A stretch of 64,000 nt of DNA from Haliotis rubra (taxonomy: Eukaryota). The notes beneath the pieces were generated by a model. That model made no database searches and was not told where the DNA came from. It worked only from the letters and a program-made list of their open reading frames with translations. Every line of letters starts with the position of its first letter. Within the stretch, counting starts at the first letter, position 1. The stretch is from the NCBI RefSeq assembly GCF_003918875.1, contig NW_025767013.1, positions 3,348,001 to 3,412,000 of the forward strand, in the 5' to 3' direction. Below, piece by piece: positions 38,001-49,400 of the stretch. The translations under genes and the position numbers were made by a program.

Positions 38001-41000
38001 CAAAATCAGACAAGTCAGACCTGTCTAAAACGTTGCATGAATGAAACTTCGGTTATCTGTTCAGTGACAAAAGGAATCCAAAGAGAAAACTGAGATTAGA
38101 AAACCATTTGGAGCATGCATACTTGCAATACATGCAATAAACACACAAATCAACACTACAGCAAGACACACTCATACAGGGTAAAATGCCTGAATTGTTG
38201 GTACCAGTATATCTGATGTACTGTAGACGAAGGATATCAATTAAATTCCTACCTGCTTTTGCTTCCTTGTACACAAGACACACTTTGCTGTAGCCATCAC
38301 AGGAGTCGAGTTCATAGAGCCGATTACGTCCAGTGAAGGTGGGCTTCTCAATGCCTGTAAAAACAATACTAATTGGTGATAAGAACTGGTTGGGATCTAC
38401 TCATCAGTTCTTATTGGTTAGGAAAGTGGGTTTTTTTGGTGGGGACAGATTTTGATAAAGAAATATGTGATTAGCAGGATAAAATGAAATAATGTATAAA
38501 ATGGATGGCACAGAATGTTTTTGAGCACCTTGAGTATGATTTGAATTGGCAAGACAAACAACATTATCTTTGTCAGAAAAGAAATAAGTTTCAGTCATAT
38601 ACAAATCCCTTGAGATATTTTTATTATAAAAAGCTCTCTTTGCCATTGTCAGTATGAAAAAATAATTCTAACTGGATTATATTGTTTAGTTTCTGTTGTT
38701 CAGGTCCGAAGATCTTACATATTACATATGAGTAAAATGACACTCAATGTGTAACTCAAACATTTCTGTTTCATGACTTATATATATAAGTACATAAAGT
38801 CAGCTGACTAAAACATATTTTATCAAACATGCACAGAAACTCCTTTCTAATAATCATAATAAGTGTGTGTTTAGCAGGTTCTGACCTGAGATGGGATCAT
38901 CGTTGTCAGAGTCTGTGTCCAGGTCGGCCAGGGAGGGTTGAATGTGTGTCAGTTTGTCACTACTGACATCAAGACGGTTGAGCTGCTCCACCCCATTGAT
39001 GTGCATCTTCCCTACAGGGAGCGTCTGGTCTATAATGCAACAATGTGTCACAAACAGAGAAACATCCCTGATCACATGTCCGGTTGCATTCTCTTCCCAC
39101 AGAGGTTACTTATCATATCTTCCTACGAACCTCTGTTCTAATACATCCCGTTCATGGTGCCAGTGTTCAGGATTCGTGATTGGTTGCAATCAGATTTAGT
39201 TGTGCAGTCAGCGACGTTGTTTCAAATGTGATCAATTGCAAGGCCTCGGTAATTTCCGTATGCTTCGGGAAAACTAGAACCTCTTCTCCTGCGCGATGCG
39301 CAAACGTTTCTTCTAGACAGAACTCAGTCGTGAAATGGTGGATCAATGGCGTCTCCATCACCCTCATTGACAACGGACAAGCTAGCCATTAAATGTCTTG
39401 TGTGTCACATTAACATATGTCCCCGGCAGAGGAGGGATATTTGTGGCCCCATATTTACTTGCATTAGTCAATTTGGATCTAAGTCGATGTAACACGTGTT
39501 CTGATTGGATAGAAAGAAGGGAGATAATTTGTGTTGCGATTTTTTGCCGCTAGGGGATTTTACGAGAACCAGGAAATATGGCTGTATTAGAACAGAGGTT
39601 CGTAGGAAGATATGACAAGGAACCTCTGTGGGAAGAGAATGGTCCAGCTGGTACCAAAGACATTTCTTACACTTGACAAATACACAGTCTGAGTGTACAA
39701 GGATGGCATTCTTTAGCCCTTTAAAAGTCATGCATCATTCTCAAATTAGAATCATACATGTTTGGTAACCATAATCCTAATATATCTTCTGACAAGTGCC
39801 AAAACGTTCAGATTTGTTGTTTCTCTTTAAATGCCCAATGGTACGTATACTTGTGAAAAGGAAAGTTCAAATAACACATATCAGTGTAAGCAGAACTTAC
39901 TGTCCAGTTTCACAGACCATGTGAAGTGAAAACCATTTGACGTCAGGTAGAAACTTTTTAAATCCTCAGGTAAAAGACAGCAGTTTCTCTGAAAAATGAT
40001 AGTCATGAAACAGTTATATATACTACACAAAGAACTTAAGGACCACCAAATTCTTTCATAGTTATCTACTTATCATTGCTTATAGTGTCAGTGAGTGAGT
40101 TTAGTTATACGCCACACTCAGCAATATTCTAGCTATATGGCAGCGGTCTGTAAATAATCGAGTCTGGACCAGACATTCCAGTGATCAACAGCATGAGCAT
40201 TGATCTGTGCAACTGGGAACTGATGACAAGTGTATACCAAGTCAGCGAGCCTGACCACCCGATCCCGTCAGTAGCCTCTTACGACAAGCATGGGTTACTG
40301 AGGAGCAATATTCTAACCCGGACCTTCACTGGTTACTTATAGTGTGACATCACAGGGGAAAAGCAATGTAATGAATTAATACCATGATGAATGGTCATCC
40401 AAACTGAACCACATCTCATACATTTAGTTGTACATAATTACAAAGTGTGTGTGTTATCCTATTTTCCCCCATCGTTATCAAATGACTTTGACTTTGAATT
40501 GTATTTTTATAATACTTATCCTAAACAATAAAAATGTCTTGTTAACTCCCCTCTTTCAGACAGGCAGTAAATAAATTAAACAAACTTTTTAACATGTTCA
40601 AAGCAGAATATTTCTTTGTTGTAAGAGCTCATAATAACATTCAGCACATGGTTTCCTTTCATGATTTCATGTATAATTTTACACAAACTGTGCCAGCTAT
40701 CCCTTGAAAAAAGGGGTGGAAAAGGAAAAGAATTCCTAAACAGATGCAAATTGAAACTTATTGTTACAAGCTGTGGCAGTGCTGTCTGCACTACTGCCTC
40801 ACAAACCTGAGTCAGCTTGTCCAGTCACAAATATTTCCTGTGGGCTAGTAGCAGAGTTTAGGGTTATCGTCATATGTTTACTATATAGGTGGGATGATTT
40901 AGTAATTGCAACTTGTTAGCTTGTAATTATAACAGACTGTAACTGTGTGAGGTGTCATTCAAGACCTTTGGTTTTCAGGTCCAATATATTATATGAAATT

Positions 41001-41849
41001 ACCTGTTCCCATGTCAATACTGCATGGCGATCTGCTGGGACTCTTTCATCAAGGGTGATCTTACATACTCCAGTTTTTTTCTCTGAAAATATATATAATC
41101 AAATTCAATTCCTTTGCCAAGCCTTTGAAAATTCTTGCTTCTTGCAAGCAGAAATGAGAAAACTTAACTGTCATAACCATTCTTTCATCAGCTTATCTAG
41201 GAAGTTGGAGGCCACTTTGTTCAACAAGATGGTTTCACCTTGACTGCACTTTACTGAGAATATTTGAGTTTCCCAATAGCACCCAAACACTTATTCTAAC
41301 TACCAAGTAGTCAAGACATGGTAGGACTGCATCGCAGCTCTCGGCTAACTACCAAGTAACCCATAGGAAGGTGTGTACAAGCCTTAGGATTGTGACTGTT
41401 TGGGGATGTTTGAGCAGACAGGCGCTTAAACAGAACATTGATTTCAACTATGAAAGCGACTCCTGGAGCCAATATAGCTGGTACAAGCAAATGCAGTTTG
41501 GGGCCTTTTCTTTCAATGTCAGTGTGGTATGTTTTGCACCATGGATAGTCTATATGAAACAATTATCAGTTTATCTTCAGTAAATAATGAAATATTATCA
41601 CGGAGTAAATTAGTTCAGCCAGCTAAACGTCTTGTTCATATATAAAGTTCTTTCATAGTGGTATTATGCCAGGAGTTTACAGCTTGACAAAAAGACGTCC
41701 AAGGGATAACACATTTCTTCTATATGTTCATTGATATATGTACCATTATATCGTATAACATTAAGGTATTTCAAGTGCAAACCTAGATATTTTTCTATTC
41801 CTATGTTCATTTGTTCGAATGAAACAGCTGAAAAATCAACGTCCTCCAT
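20034..41849 (-). CDS. TPGS2: Tubulin polyglutamylase complex subunit 2 (~313 aa), with a 1-nt frameshift in exon 6 as assembled
   Basis: Exons 41849-41783, 41082-41003, 39988-39901, 39029-38886, 38354-38253, 25522-25358, 23650-23505, 21576-21499, 20106-20034. Recognisable TPGS2 motifs: WEQRNCCLLPEDLKSFYLTSNGFHFTWSVKLD, ELDSCDGYSKVCLVYK, EIWFLDRAL/WHFL...YYRLMLMHLGLPQWQYAFT, QWFNMYAP, LDVSKVFKS. Exon sum 943 nt = 3n+1. Confidence 0.92.
20620..21510. repeat. 54-bp minisatellite (~16 copies) overlapping the TPGS2 exon 8 / intron 8 junction
   Basis: Unit GAAGCTTACCTTGCTGACGACCTGCACCTTGATGTAAGTTGTGGCACACCACTA. Confidence 0.97.
21852..23454 (+). mobile_element. Full-length but decayed Tc1-family transposon in TPGS2 intron 7
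   Basis: Perfect 26-bp TIRs TACTACTCAAAACAAGTTAAGGGTCA (21852-21877 and 23429-23454) flanked by TA. Transposase from ATG 22213 (MARRQLS..QRSVAQRLNVSQSVIRRLW..RPRS) to ~23241 (..GGYIRY), with multiple stops and frameshifts and a degenerate SADLAPMEHAWD motif. Confidence 0.93.
23708..24281. mobile_element. hAT-type MITE (TAG...CTA ends, CGATA-rich)
   Basis: Perfect 8-bp TSD TAAATGAC at 23700-23707 and 24282-24289; related in motif content to 50190-50480. Confidence 0.75.
24487..24641 (-). mobile_element. SINE family A
   Basis: Degenerate copy. Confidence 0.82.
25715..27480. repeat. ~20-bp minisatellite CATGTCCAGGT(G/T)TGTCTAGC with higher-order blocks
   Basis: About 85 degenerate units. A longer block (GTGTTAGCTATCTCGAGGTGTGTCTGCAATGTGTAGGTATGTGTTGGTGTCTAGTCATGACT) recurs four times at ~25890, 26035, 26182 and 26496. 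Confidence 0.95.
28709..30500. repeat. AT-rich ~95-bp tandem array (~19 units) inside the DIRS element
   Basis: Recurrent AAACTC-YKTA-GAGTTT hairpin at ~28750, 28843, 28939, 29034, 29128, 29224, 29318 ... 30406, alternating with GCTTAAG-N10-CTTAAGC. Confidence 0.95.
30537..31040 (-). pseudogene. Decayed DIRS tyrosine recombinase fragments
   Basis: Minus-strand PTW/DMNIVLQHLTSEVYEH (~31037-30982, frameshifted; compare PxWDLxxVLxxLxxxPFEP), THDIIALTST (H-x-x-R with R lost), and WKSDMVVANHYLRD...PMVLAQQ (30672 downward; catalytic Tyr motif HYLRD at 30631-30645). Stops, frameshifts and an apparent internal deletion. Confidence 0.8.
32575..33800 (-). pseudogene. DIRS gag-like ORF1 remnants (low-complexity, S/R/P/T-rich)
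   Basis: ORF pieces 33524-33093 and 32919-32575 lie just inside the 5' ITR, at the position of DIRS ORF1. They contain an internal duplication (MQPD..., DLYDDQ-like blocks) and PSRR repeats. Confidence 0.55.
35024..35490. repeat. 59-bp minisatellite, ~8 units
   Basis: Unit CTTGTACAAACTCCAGGAGGGGGACCTATTCCGCTCTGCAATCCCTTGAACATGAACAG. Confidence 0.95.
35670..35833 (-). mobile_element. SINE family A
   Basis: Old, CpG-decayed copy; TGATACAG on both flanks. Confidence 0.82.
36890..37157 (+). mobile_element. SINE-like family B, near-consensus
   Basis: Full copy; TSD CCTTAAATAATT. Confidence 0.93.
40090..40333 (-). mobile_element. SINE-like family B
   Basis: Full copy; TSD CTTATAGTGT. Confidence 0.9.
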
Positions 41850-42273
41850 TTCTGTCCCTGTTAGTCCGAGAATACGAATGTCACCGTTCCCAAAGCATTA
41901 TTTGGCAGCCATCTTGTAACTTAGGACGCACCTGTTTGGAGAGTCTTACAAGGGAGGTAACTGCTACGATCGTTCACATTCGTGACCAACTCGTGTTATT
42001 CCGGGACAAGCCGAATATATATCGCGATTTTCATCCTTTTTTGTATGGGTTGATTTAGTGGCAAAAATATATGTTAATTTTCTTTTGTGAAGGATATTTC
42101 ATTTATGCACACAAAAAGTAAATTGTTTGCAATGGCCTCGATGTATTTAACTTTTTTGAAATCATTATGTGATAAGTTAACAGTAGTTTATCTAATAATA
42201 TTTACTTTAGTTTGCAGTTGTGTCTTTTAATATTGTTAATTCCTAAAATACAATAACATGGAGTGGTCGGCTT

Positions 42274-42611
42274 AGGGACCGTTCATAATTTATGGCTTGG
42301 GGTTGGGGGTTCGGGGCTGGTGATAGGTGGGTGGTGGTTCACCCATTTTGTTCGGGGAAGCAATTTTGTACACATGTACTGTGTGTGTGTGTTGGGGGCA
42401 GCGATTTTGTACATTAAAATATTGTCAAATACTGCTTAGAAACTATGGGAAGGCGAGGAGGGGGGTATTGATTTTGTACATGATATGCAAAGGAGAGGGG
42501 GGGTCACTTACTTTGTACGTAAATATTAGCGGGGGCATTCACATTGTACATGTTTTTGTATACAAATCATCATTCCCCCCTTCCCCTTGCCATAAATTAT
42601 GAACGGTCGCT
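42274..42611. mobile_element. MITE upstream of the TPGS2 start
   Basis: TIR AGGGACCGTTCATAATTTATGGC and GCCATAAATTATGAACGGTCGCT; internal ATTTTGTAC repeats. Confidence 0.75.
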
Positions 42612-42913
42612 TTTTTTTCCTGATTATGGCCATTTGCTCCAACCGTTCGTAAGCATTGAGGTGCAAAGTCAAACTAATCCCTTCCATTTTCAAATACACA
42701 AATGGGTGAAACTGTACACCGCAATACTCCACATATTTTTATGCACATAACTTGTTATTTTCACATTTTAGATACAGTTAGATCGTTAAGTACGTTAATT
42801 AGTACATCGTGTTAATGTACAACTTCCATTAGCGACATAGCAGCTGTTGTATCTTGCTGCCAGACGGAATATTGATAATTGGTTCATACTAACAGATAAT
42901 GGTGTCGATAATA

Positions 42914-43155
42914 ACCCGTGAAGATCCGAGTTCAGCAACCCATGCTTGTCGTGAGAGCCGACTAACGGGATTGGGTGGTCAGGCTCGCTGACTGGGTTGA
43001 CACATGTCATCATATCACAGTTGCGAAGACTGATGCTCATGCTGTTGATCACTGGATTGCCTGGTCCAGTCTCGATTATTGTACAGACCGCCACCATATA
43101 GCTTGAATATTGCTTGGTGCGGCGTTAAACAAAACCAAACAAACACACAAACAAA
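42914..43155 (+). mobile_element. SINE-like family B
   Basis: Full copy with (AAAC)n tail. Confidence 0.88.
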
Positions 43156-43544
43156 CGTGCGTTTGTGTATGGCATGGTACTGTTATATGAATGGTAGCAT
43201 TTGTTGACCTTGTCCTAGCGTAGGTTCAGGTTTCTCGTTCAAGTTCGACCCAGTTCAGTCCGTATTCGGACATTGTAAAGACGAACCCGAAGTGTAAATG
43301 ATAATTATATGTGATTAAGGTGCAATCACTTACTGCCCATCCACCCAAACTGTTCTAGCATCGTACATATAAAGTAGAACATGCATGTCTGTAATCTTCA
43401 TGGTTCTTCGTTAACTGTTGCTAACACATCACGTAAAAAGGACACTAGTCACGAGCTGTATACACGAGCACCGTACGTTATAGAGCTACGATGTCTCAAT
43501 GTTAGAATATTGGAATTACTATCATTGCTGCGCTAAGATCGCTT

Positions 43545-43855
43545 TGTGCAAGTGGGCCCAGCAGTATACAGTAACAGGTGCAGGTAAACGTGTCCAGCTG
43601 TATAGGTGCCCAGCAACAAGTAGGTAGAGGTGTCCAACTGTATATTGGTAGATAGGGTCCGTAGGTAGAGGTGTCCAGCTGTGTATTGGGGCACTAGTAA
43701 CGGTGTCCAGCTGTAGACTGCAAGGCTGTAGGTGAGGTGCCCAGCTATATGCAGCAAGTAGGTAGAGGTGTCCAGCTGTGTATTGGGGCACTAGTAACGG
43801 TGTCCAGCTGTAGACTGCAAGGCTGTAGGTGAGGTGCCCAGCTATATGCAGCACA
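43545..43855. repeat. GGTGTCCAGCTG-based minisatellite with a ~100-bp exact duplication
   Basis: ~43661-43756 is repeated at ~43758-43853. Confidence 0.9.
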
Positions 43856-44954
43856 GTGTAAATAAATGTGTGAAGATATTTTAAACAAAAACAAACATCC
43901 CATTCATTAACATACTTTTTATTGCAAATGACTGATTACACAAGACACAAGACAGCTTCACTGCTACAATGACAATGAGCAATACTGAGATGGCAGAACA
44001 GACAAACCTACAAATAACCTGTCAATACGAATATATTTAATCAGGGTTTGCTGGCAGGAATATATGTATTCTTATTTAAAGAACACAAGAATATGTTTTC
44101 GTACTTTAGGAGCACATTATGACCTTCTAGTTAATAATGAGTTCTATATGCATGCCCGGGTTAAGTGTCCCAATTGGAGGAACAGAAATACCATGTTTGA
44201 TGTCCACAAACACCGCATTACCAGCAGCAAGTGAAGTTCTCCGTGGGATCTGTAGCAGCACCGACGTGTACTGTTAACAGGCGCCATACAATTCCTCAAT
44301 CCGTGAAGTGTTTACTCTTTGCGAATGATTAAACTCTCACATGAACTATAATCTTCCATGCAGTTCGGAAACTAAAAAAACAGATTGGTGCTTACCACAA
44401 AGCCAATGGGGCTTTTAATCGAAAGTTTAATATCTAGAATCCTTAAATTATTTTCGAATGTTTTTAACAAGTTTAATAACTCTAGCGGCATCTTCATCTA
44501 AATTAGTCAGACAACATAACGGAAAATGTAAATACGAACGTTTGTTCCTTGTTGTATCCTAAGGTACAAAAATGTCTCTCAATGTTCAATATATAGGAGA
44601 CTGAACAATAGAATGTTGTGATTAAATAAATCCCAGTAAATAGCATCAAAATACAAACTATTATGCGAAATGACATCCACTGTATGGACTCAGTCCGCGT
44701 AAAACAGCCGTCCTTCTCTACAGACACCAAACGACCTGAAACGAGGAATTCAAAACAACTAGAAAGACAATATTAAAGTAAAAAGGCACAAAACAGTAAA
44801 CTTATTTTCATTAGTGACAACGAAATGTCGGTTGAAGTAGTGGGTCAAATTAATTTAAAAACATAGATCGCAGGAATGCGTCTAAATCTATACAGGATGC
44901 AGTTATTGCTGATAAAGTTTACACACATCGTCACAGTTCACATTCTTCAGTAAC

Positions 44955-46010
44955 CTACCACTGAGGGGGGCTCCCACGTAATCTGACACGACACACTGGC
45001 TTAGCATTCTGACCCGTGCTGATTCTCTCAATCACTCCCCTTTCTCCTCTGTACGCGCCATTAACGATGCACGTTACATCCCCAACCTCAGGCACAAGAG
45101 TCATGAGGTATTTCTGGTCCACCATCAAGATATTGTCATTACACAGCACATGCGCGACGCCAGTATAAGGAGACAGAAGACCTATGATTCTGCACTTCTT
45201 CCTGTGGTTACTTCTGCCATACTTGTCTGTGATGATGGTTACCACGATCCCTGCCCGCAGCCAACTGTCCCGTCGGTTCATCCTTTCTTTCTCCTTCTCC
45301 TCTTCTTCCATTATTTCTGCGAGTGCGGACTTCCGGTTGCTGTTGGGTTTCACGTGGTTGCTGAGAGATTTTTGTGATAAAGATGTCCTTTGATCTTTCT
45401 TGTAGGGAGATCGTCGCGGGGACATTTTGAAGACGACTTTTTCTCGTTTAAGTGTCCACTTCTGATTGTTTTGTTTTAGTGGCTCTGAACCTGTGTTCAT
45501 TATCGGAGGCACTCTTGTGTTTTCGTCACACTGCGGAGTGTTGTTGCACATATCTTCTTTAGTAGGCGTGAGTCCATTACGATCACTTTGTCCTTTAAAG
45601 TTTCTATCAACGTAACGCGGTTTAGGACGTGACGGCAAAACGTGCGCGGTAGCCTCCACTTTCTGGAGATTTTTAATGTACCAGATTTTGCTTGAGTAAT
45701 CCACAAGGAAACGCCCAACTCTTCCTTGGTATCGAATAAACTCGTCAAGTGTCTTCCATTTCGTTTTGGATATATGAACATTGCCTTTGTTCAACATGTA
45801 CTTCATGTACACTTCGCTGGCTTCCACTTTCTTGTCTCCATAGCACTGCTGAAGAACATTCATAAATCCATTCTCAAATTTTGAAGATAATCTGTTTCTT
45901 CCTTCCTCGCTCACTCCTTTGAATTGTTCCATCACAATGTCGTGGAACAGTGTTAAATCAACAACCGCGCTGTTCTTCTGAAGAGTCTGAATTTTGGCAC
46001 GCTTATCCAT
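44955..46010 (-). CDS. Divergent KIN17-like protein (winged-helix plus tandem SH3-like/KOW domains, no zinc finger)
   Basis: 351-aa open ORF. FENGFMNVLQQCYGDKKVEASEVYMKY...HISKTKWKTLDEFIRYQGRVG...WYI aligns by eye with the KIN17 winged helix. KSALAEIMEEEE...WLRAGIVVTII...DQKYLMTLVP...IVNGAYRGERG aligns with the KIN17 C-terminal domain. No symbol is given because this looks like a paralogue rather than the orthologue. Confidence 0.85.
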   Translation of the reverse strand: MDKRAKIQTLQKNSAVVDLTLFHDIVMEQFKGVSEEGRNRLSSKFENGFMNVLQQCYGDKKVEASEVYMKYMLNKGNVHISKTKWKTLDEFIRYQGRVGRFLVDYSSKIWYIKNLQKVEATAHVLPSRPKPRYVDRNFKGQSDRNGLTPTKEDMCNNTPQCDENTRVPPIMNTGSEPLKQNNQKWTLKREKVVFKMSPRRSPYKKDQRTSLSQKSLSNHVKPNSNRKSALAEIMEEEEKEKERMNRRDSWLRAGIVVTIITDKYGRSNHRKKCRIIGLLSPYTGVAHVLCNDNILMVDQKYLMTLVPEVGDVTCIVNGAYRGERGVIERISTGQNAKPVCRVRLRGSPPQW

Positions 46011-46429
46011 TTGTTGGTGTTGATGCGTCCTCGTGCAGGTTCTGAACTAAATGAGCTACTAGCCTATGTCTCAAACGTTATATATAGGACCCCAATATAC
46101 GTTCACCGTACGATCCATGACGTACATGACATTGACTTGATGTGGTGTGCGAGTCGTGAACGTTATCACAACGTTTTAGAATATCTAGCATACACATGTA
46201 TAACTACATTGCAGGGCAATAACCAAATTATCTGTTTGTATTATTAGATGAACAGCTGATATTATTGCTGAGTGGAAAAATAAATAAATTTAGAACTTTC
46301 GTGCAGCGTAGAGCTCTATTATTAGAAACCGCGGGTAAACGTATGGAACGTTTTCCTCATGTTGACCACGTGATTTGTTTGGACCCAAATATAGAAATCA
46401 CATGGCCTGTGACGTCAGACATGTAGAAA
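46011..46429. promoter_or_regulatory. Shared divergent promoter of the KIN17-like gene and FBXO33
   Basis: Only 419 bp between opposed ATGs. E-box CACGTG at 46367-46372 and CRE TGACGTCA at 46410-46417; second CRE at 46848-46855 in FBXO33 intron 1. Confidence 0.6.
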
Positions 46430-49400
46430 ATGGCAGCAGGGCCGAACTGGGCATACTCGCCTGGTGTAATTATTGTTGAAATTCTTTCCTATTTGACGCT
46501 TCGTGACAGACTCAGAGCAGCGTCTATTTGCAAGAGATGGAGATCGTGCCTTTTCCACCCCTCACTGTGGAACAGTGTTGTGTTTGAACTGGGTGAAAGA
46601 GGCAGAGCGAAGTCAAAATTTCTTGCTGACAGATGTGGCCGTTTCGTGCGTGGAGCGGTTGTTAAATTCAACTCGCTCAGTGTCGCTGAAGTGAGAGAAT
46701 GTGGCAGAATACTAGCTATCCTTTCGGAAAACAAGAACCTAAGGCATTTCTCTCTCCAACCTTCGAGTTGCCACATCGAATGGCCCGACACTGAGGCTGT
46801 CCATATTATTGACAAGTAAGCATATTCCACTGTTTATGTTGTGCTTGTGACGTCAGCGGGTCAAGGCGCTCTGATGGAATTTCGTCGAATTGCGCAGTTG
46901 CATCAGTTTTTCTGACCATTTATACTAGTGACACAAATCGACATGAAAAAAACATCAGCTGAATGACTACGTTTATACAATATGTAATACCAGAGTACTT
47001 ATTAGTTGATTATTTTGGTAACATCTGGCCATGGAGGCAGCGGTCCATTTGTAAACAAACAGCTGTCAAAACCAACTGTTCCGAAACACGACGAGGAAGG
47101 AGTCGTTTCGTGTGCGATTGAAACGCTGACGAGAAAGGTCAACTCTGTGACCTAATCATATATGATATGTTGAACATTGTTGATGGCGTAAACAGTTGAT
47201 AAATAATGTAACTGAAAGCTAGCGTATGATTAGGGAGTAGTATTGGATGTTGCTCGCACATATGTTTCATAAATACGCCTGAAAAAGACTCCTAAGGATT
47301 AGGCATCACATATTGTTTGAATGCAGGAAATTGAAAACAGGAAAACAAGTGTGCAAACTTAACTGTTGGTGTGCTGCACTGCATGTTGTGTAAGGTTAAG
47401 TGCTCACAGGTCAACAAAGGCCTGCTTGGTTGATATCGCTCAAAGATAATGAATTGCACGCTGTTTTTGTTCCTTGTTCTAAATTTCTTTTAATTTTTCA
47501 GCATCTTCATTTCCTCATTTTGAAATGCTTTTTAAGGATAATAGCAATGCAACATGGAGGCAGTTTTCTACTGATATAATGGTTCTTTTTCTTTTAATGT
47601 TAAAGCATAACTGGATACAGTGTTCGAAATAAATTTCGGTCCTCAGGCCTGAAGCCGACTGAAAACCACTCGGACCCACAGCTTTTGTTTTCTGCAGGTC
47701 CTTATGGCCGACAGCTTTTTCATCCCCAATTACTAAGGCTTAAGTTAGAGTATTATTTCCATATTAAAATATAGGACCTACACATTCTGATCGGGACCCA
47801 CAACTTTTTATGGCTCTGGGCCCTGTTTCGCAAAGCTATCGTAAGCCTAAGATCTCGTAACTTTTCTTGTAGCATTCGTACCTCCTTAGTCCTATTCTGT
47901 AACATAGGGAGTATGAATGCTACGAGAAATGTTACAAGATCTTAGGCTTACGAGAGCTCTGTGAAATGGGGCCCAGGGTCCTTAAAGCCTGCCTCTTTTC
48001 AGGGTTAAGGGCAAACACTGACTGGAGACTGTCTTAAACACCACATATTATCTACAGTAGATTGCATTAATTTATCAAGACCTGTTCAGGGGCTGATATT
48101 CAGCCCTGAGTCTGCAGCAAATGACAATATAAACCTCAAATTAAAACAAAACTTCTCAAAACCTATCATAGCAAGAGTATTGAAACAAATACAATTTTGA
48201 ACAATATGATTTTTTCCAAATTTAACTGCCAACTTAGAAACTTGGTTTGGCATCCTAATTCAATCCTGGTTTTTCTTCCTTGATAATGTCTAAAACACTA
48301 CATATTATAAAAGATAGTTCTTTTGTATGACTGGCTCAACTCTTCGTTTCATCTTCATTATATGTGATAGGTAATTCTCTTCTACTGGACAATGTCTAAA
48401 CACTGCATTATCTGTGTTCCAGGTACCTGGACTTGATTGAATGTCTGATTGAGCACAGTTGTAAACTGAGACACTTGTCTCTTGGATGTGTGGAGGAGCT
48501 CCTGGTACACAGCAGTTCCCTCCTGCAGAAGCTGTCCTCCAAACACGGCTCCAGCCTCCAGTCTCTCCACCTGGCCAGTGTCAAGGAAGACAGCGAGAAC
48601 TACGGCATCATTGACCTCAGCCCCGCCAAATTTCACAACTTCTACCTTTTGCAGAGCCTCAGTTTGGACTATGATTACTTGACAAATGAACTGCTGGATC
48701 AGTTCGCTAACCCTGACAGAGCAAAGCTCCAGAAGCTCTGCATCAATGTTCATGGTATTGAAGCCGACCATGAACGCATCACAAATGATACATGGAGGAA
48801 GATACGAAACTACAGCCCCAAACTGGAGGTGACCCTCAATCTGATTCATTCCTATGATGGAGTTGCCTCCCTTCTCGACATCTTTCAGCCAGCCATGCCA
48901 CTGATTCATTTTCGACAGTTCTTCTGCTCGCATGTTAACATGGCTTCCATAAGTTATATCTCGTCACATTATCGGAACAGCCTGAAGACACTCCACATTG
49001 TTGATGGTCTGGTAGATGATATGTCTAGTCTCTATGACAACCATGACATGGAGGACCCCTTTGTCATGCTAGCATGGCAGTGTCAGAAGCTTGAGCACTT
49101 TACACTCATGGGTAGGTTCACCATATATCATTGACCTTTTGTAATCAGTATAATTACTGCTCTTCCTTTAGTAGTAGATGCCAACTAGATGTGTCACCAG
49201 CATGTTTGTGTCCAGTTCTGATCTGGGAAGCCCCACAGATTAATATTGAAGTAAGCTGATTGGTTGATTAGCATCCTCTTAAATTTGATATGGACTTTTA
49301 TTATATGACCTTATCTGAATCAATCGTCTCACCTCAGCAAGTTTTGGGTTGATTTGAAGAAAGTGACCAGCCAAATCAATAGCCCAGGGCTGAATACCGT

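Noticed and set aside
48382-48933. 183-aa minus-strand ORF (also 46489-46830, 45150-45393, 16218-16538)
   Set aside because: Antisense shadows of real coding exons or transposase.
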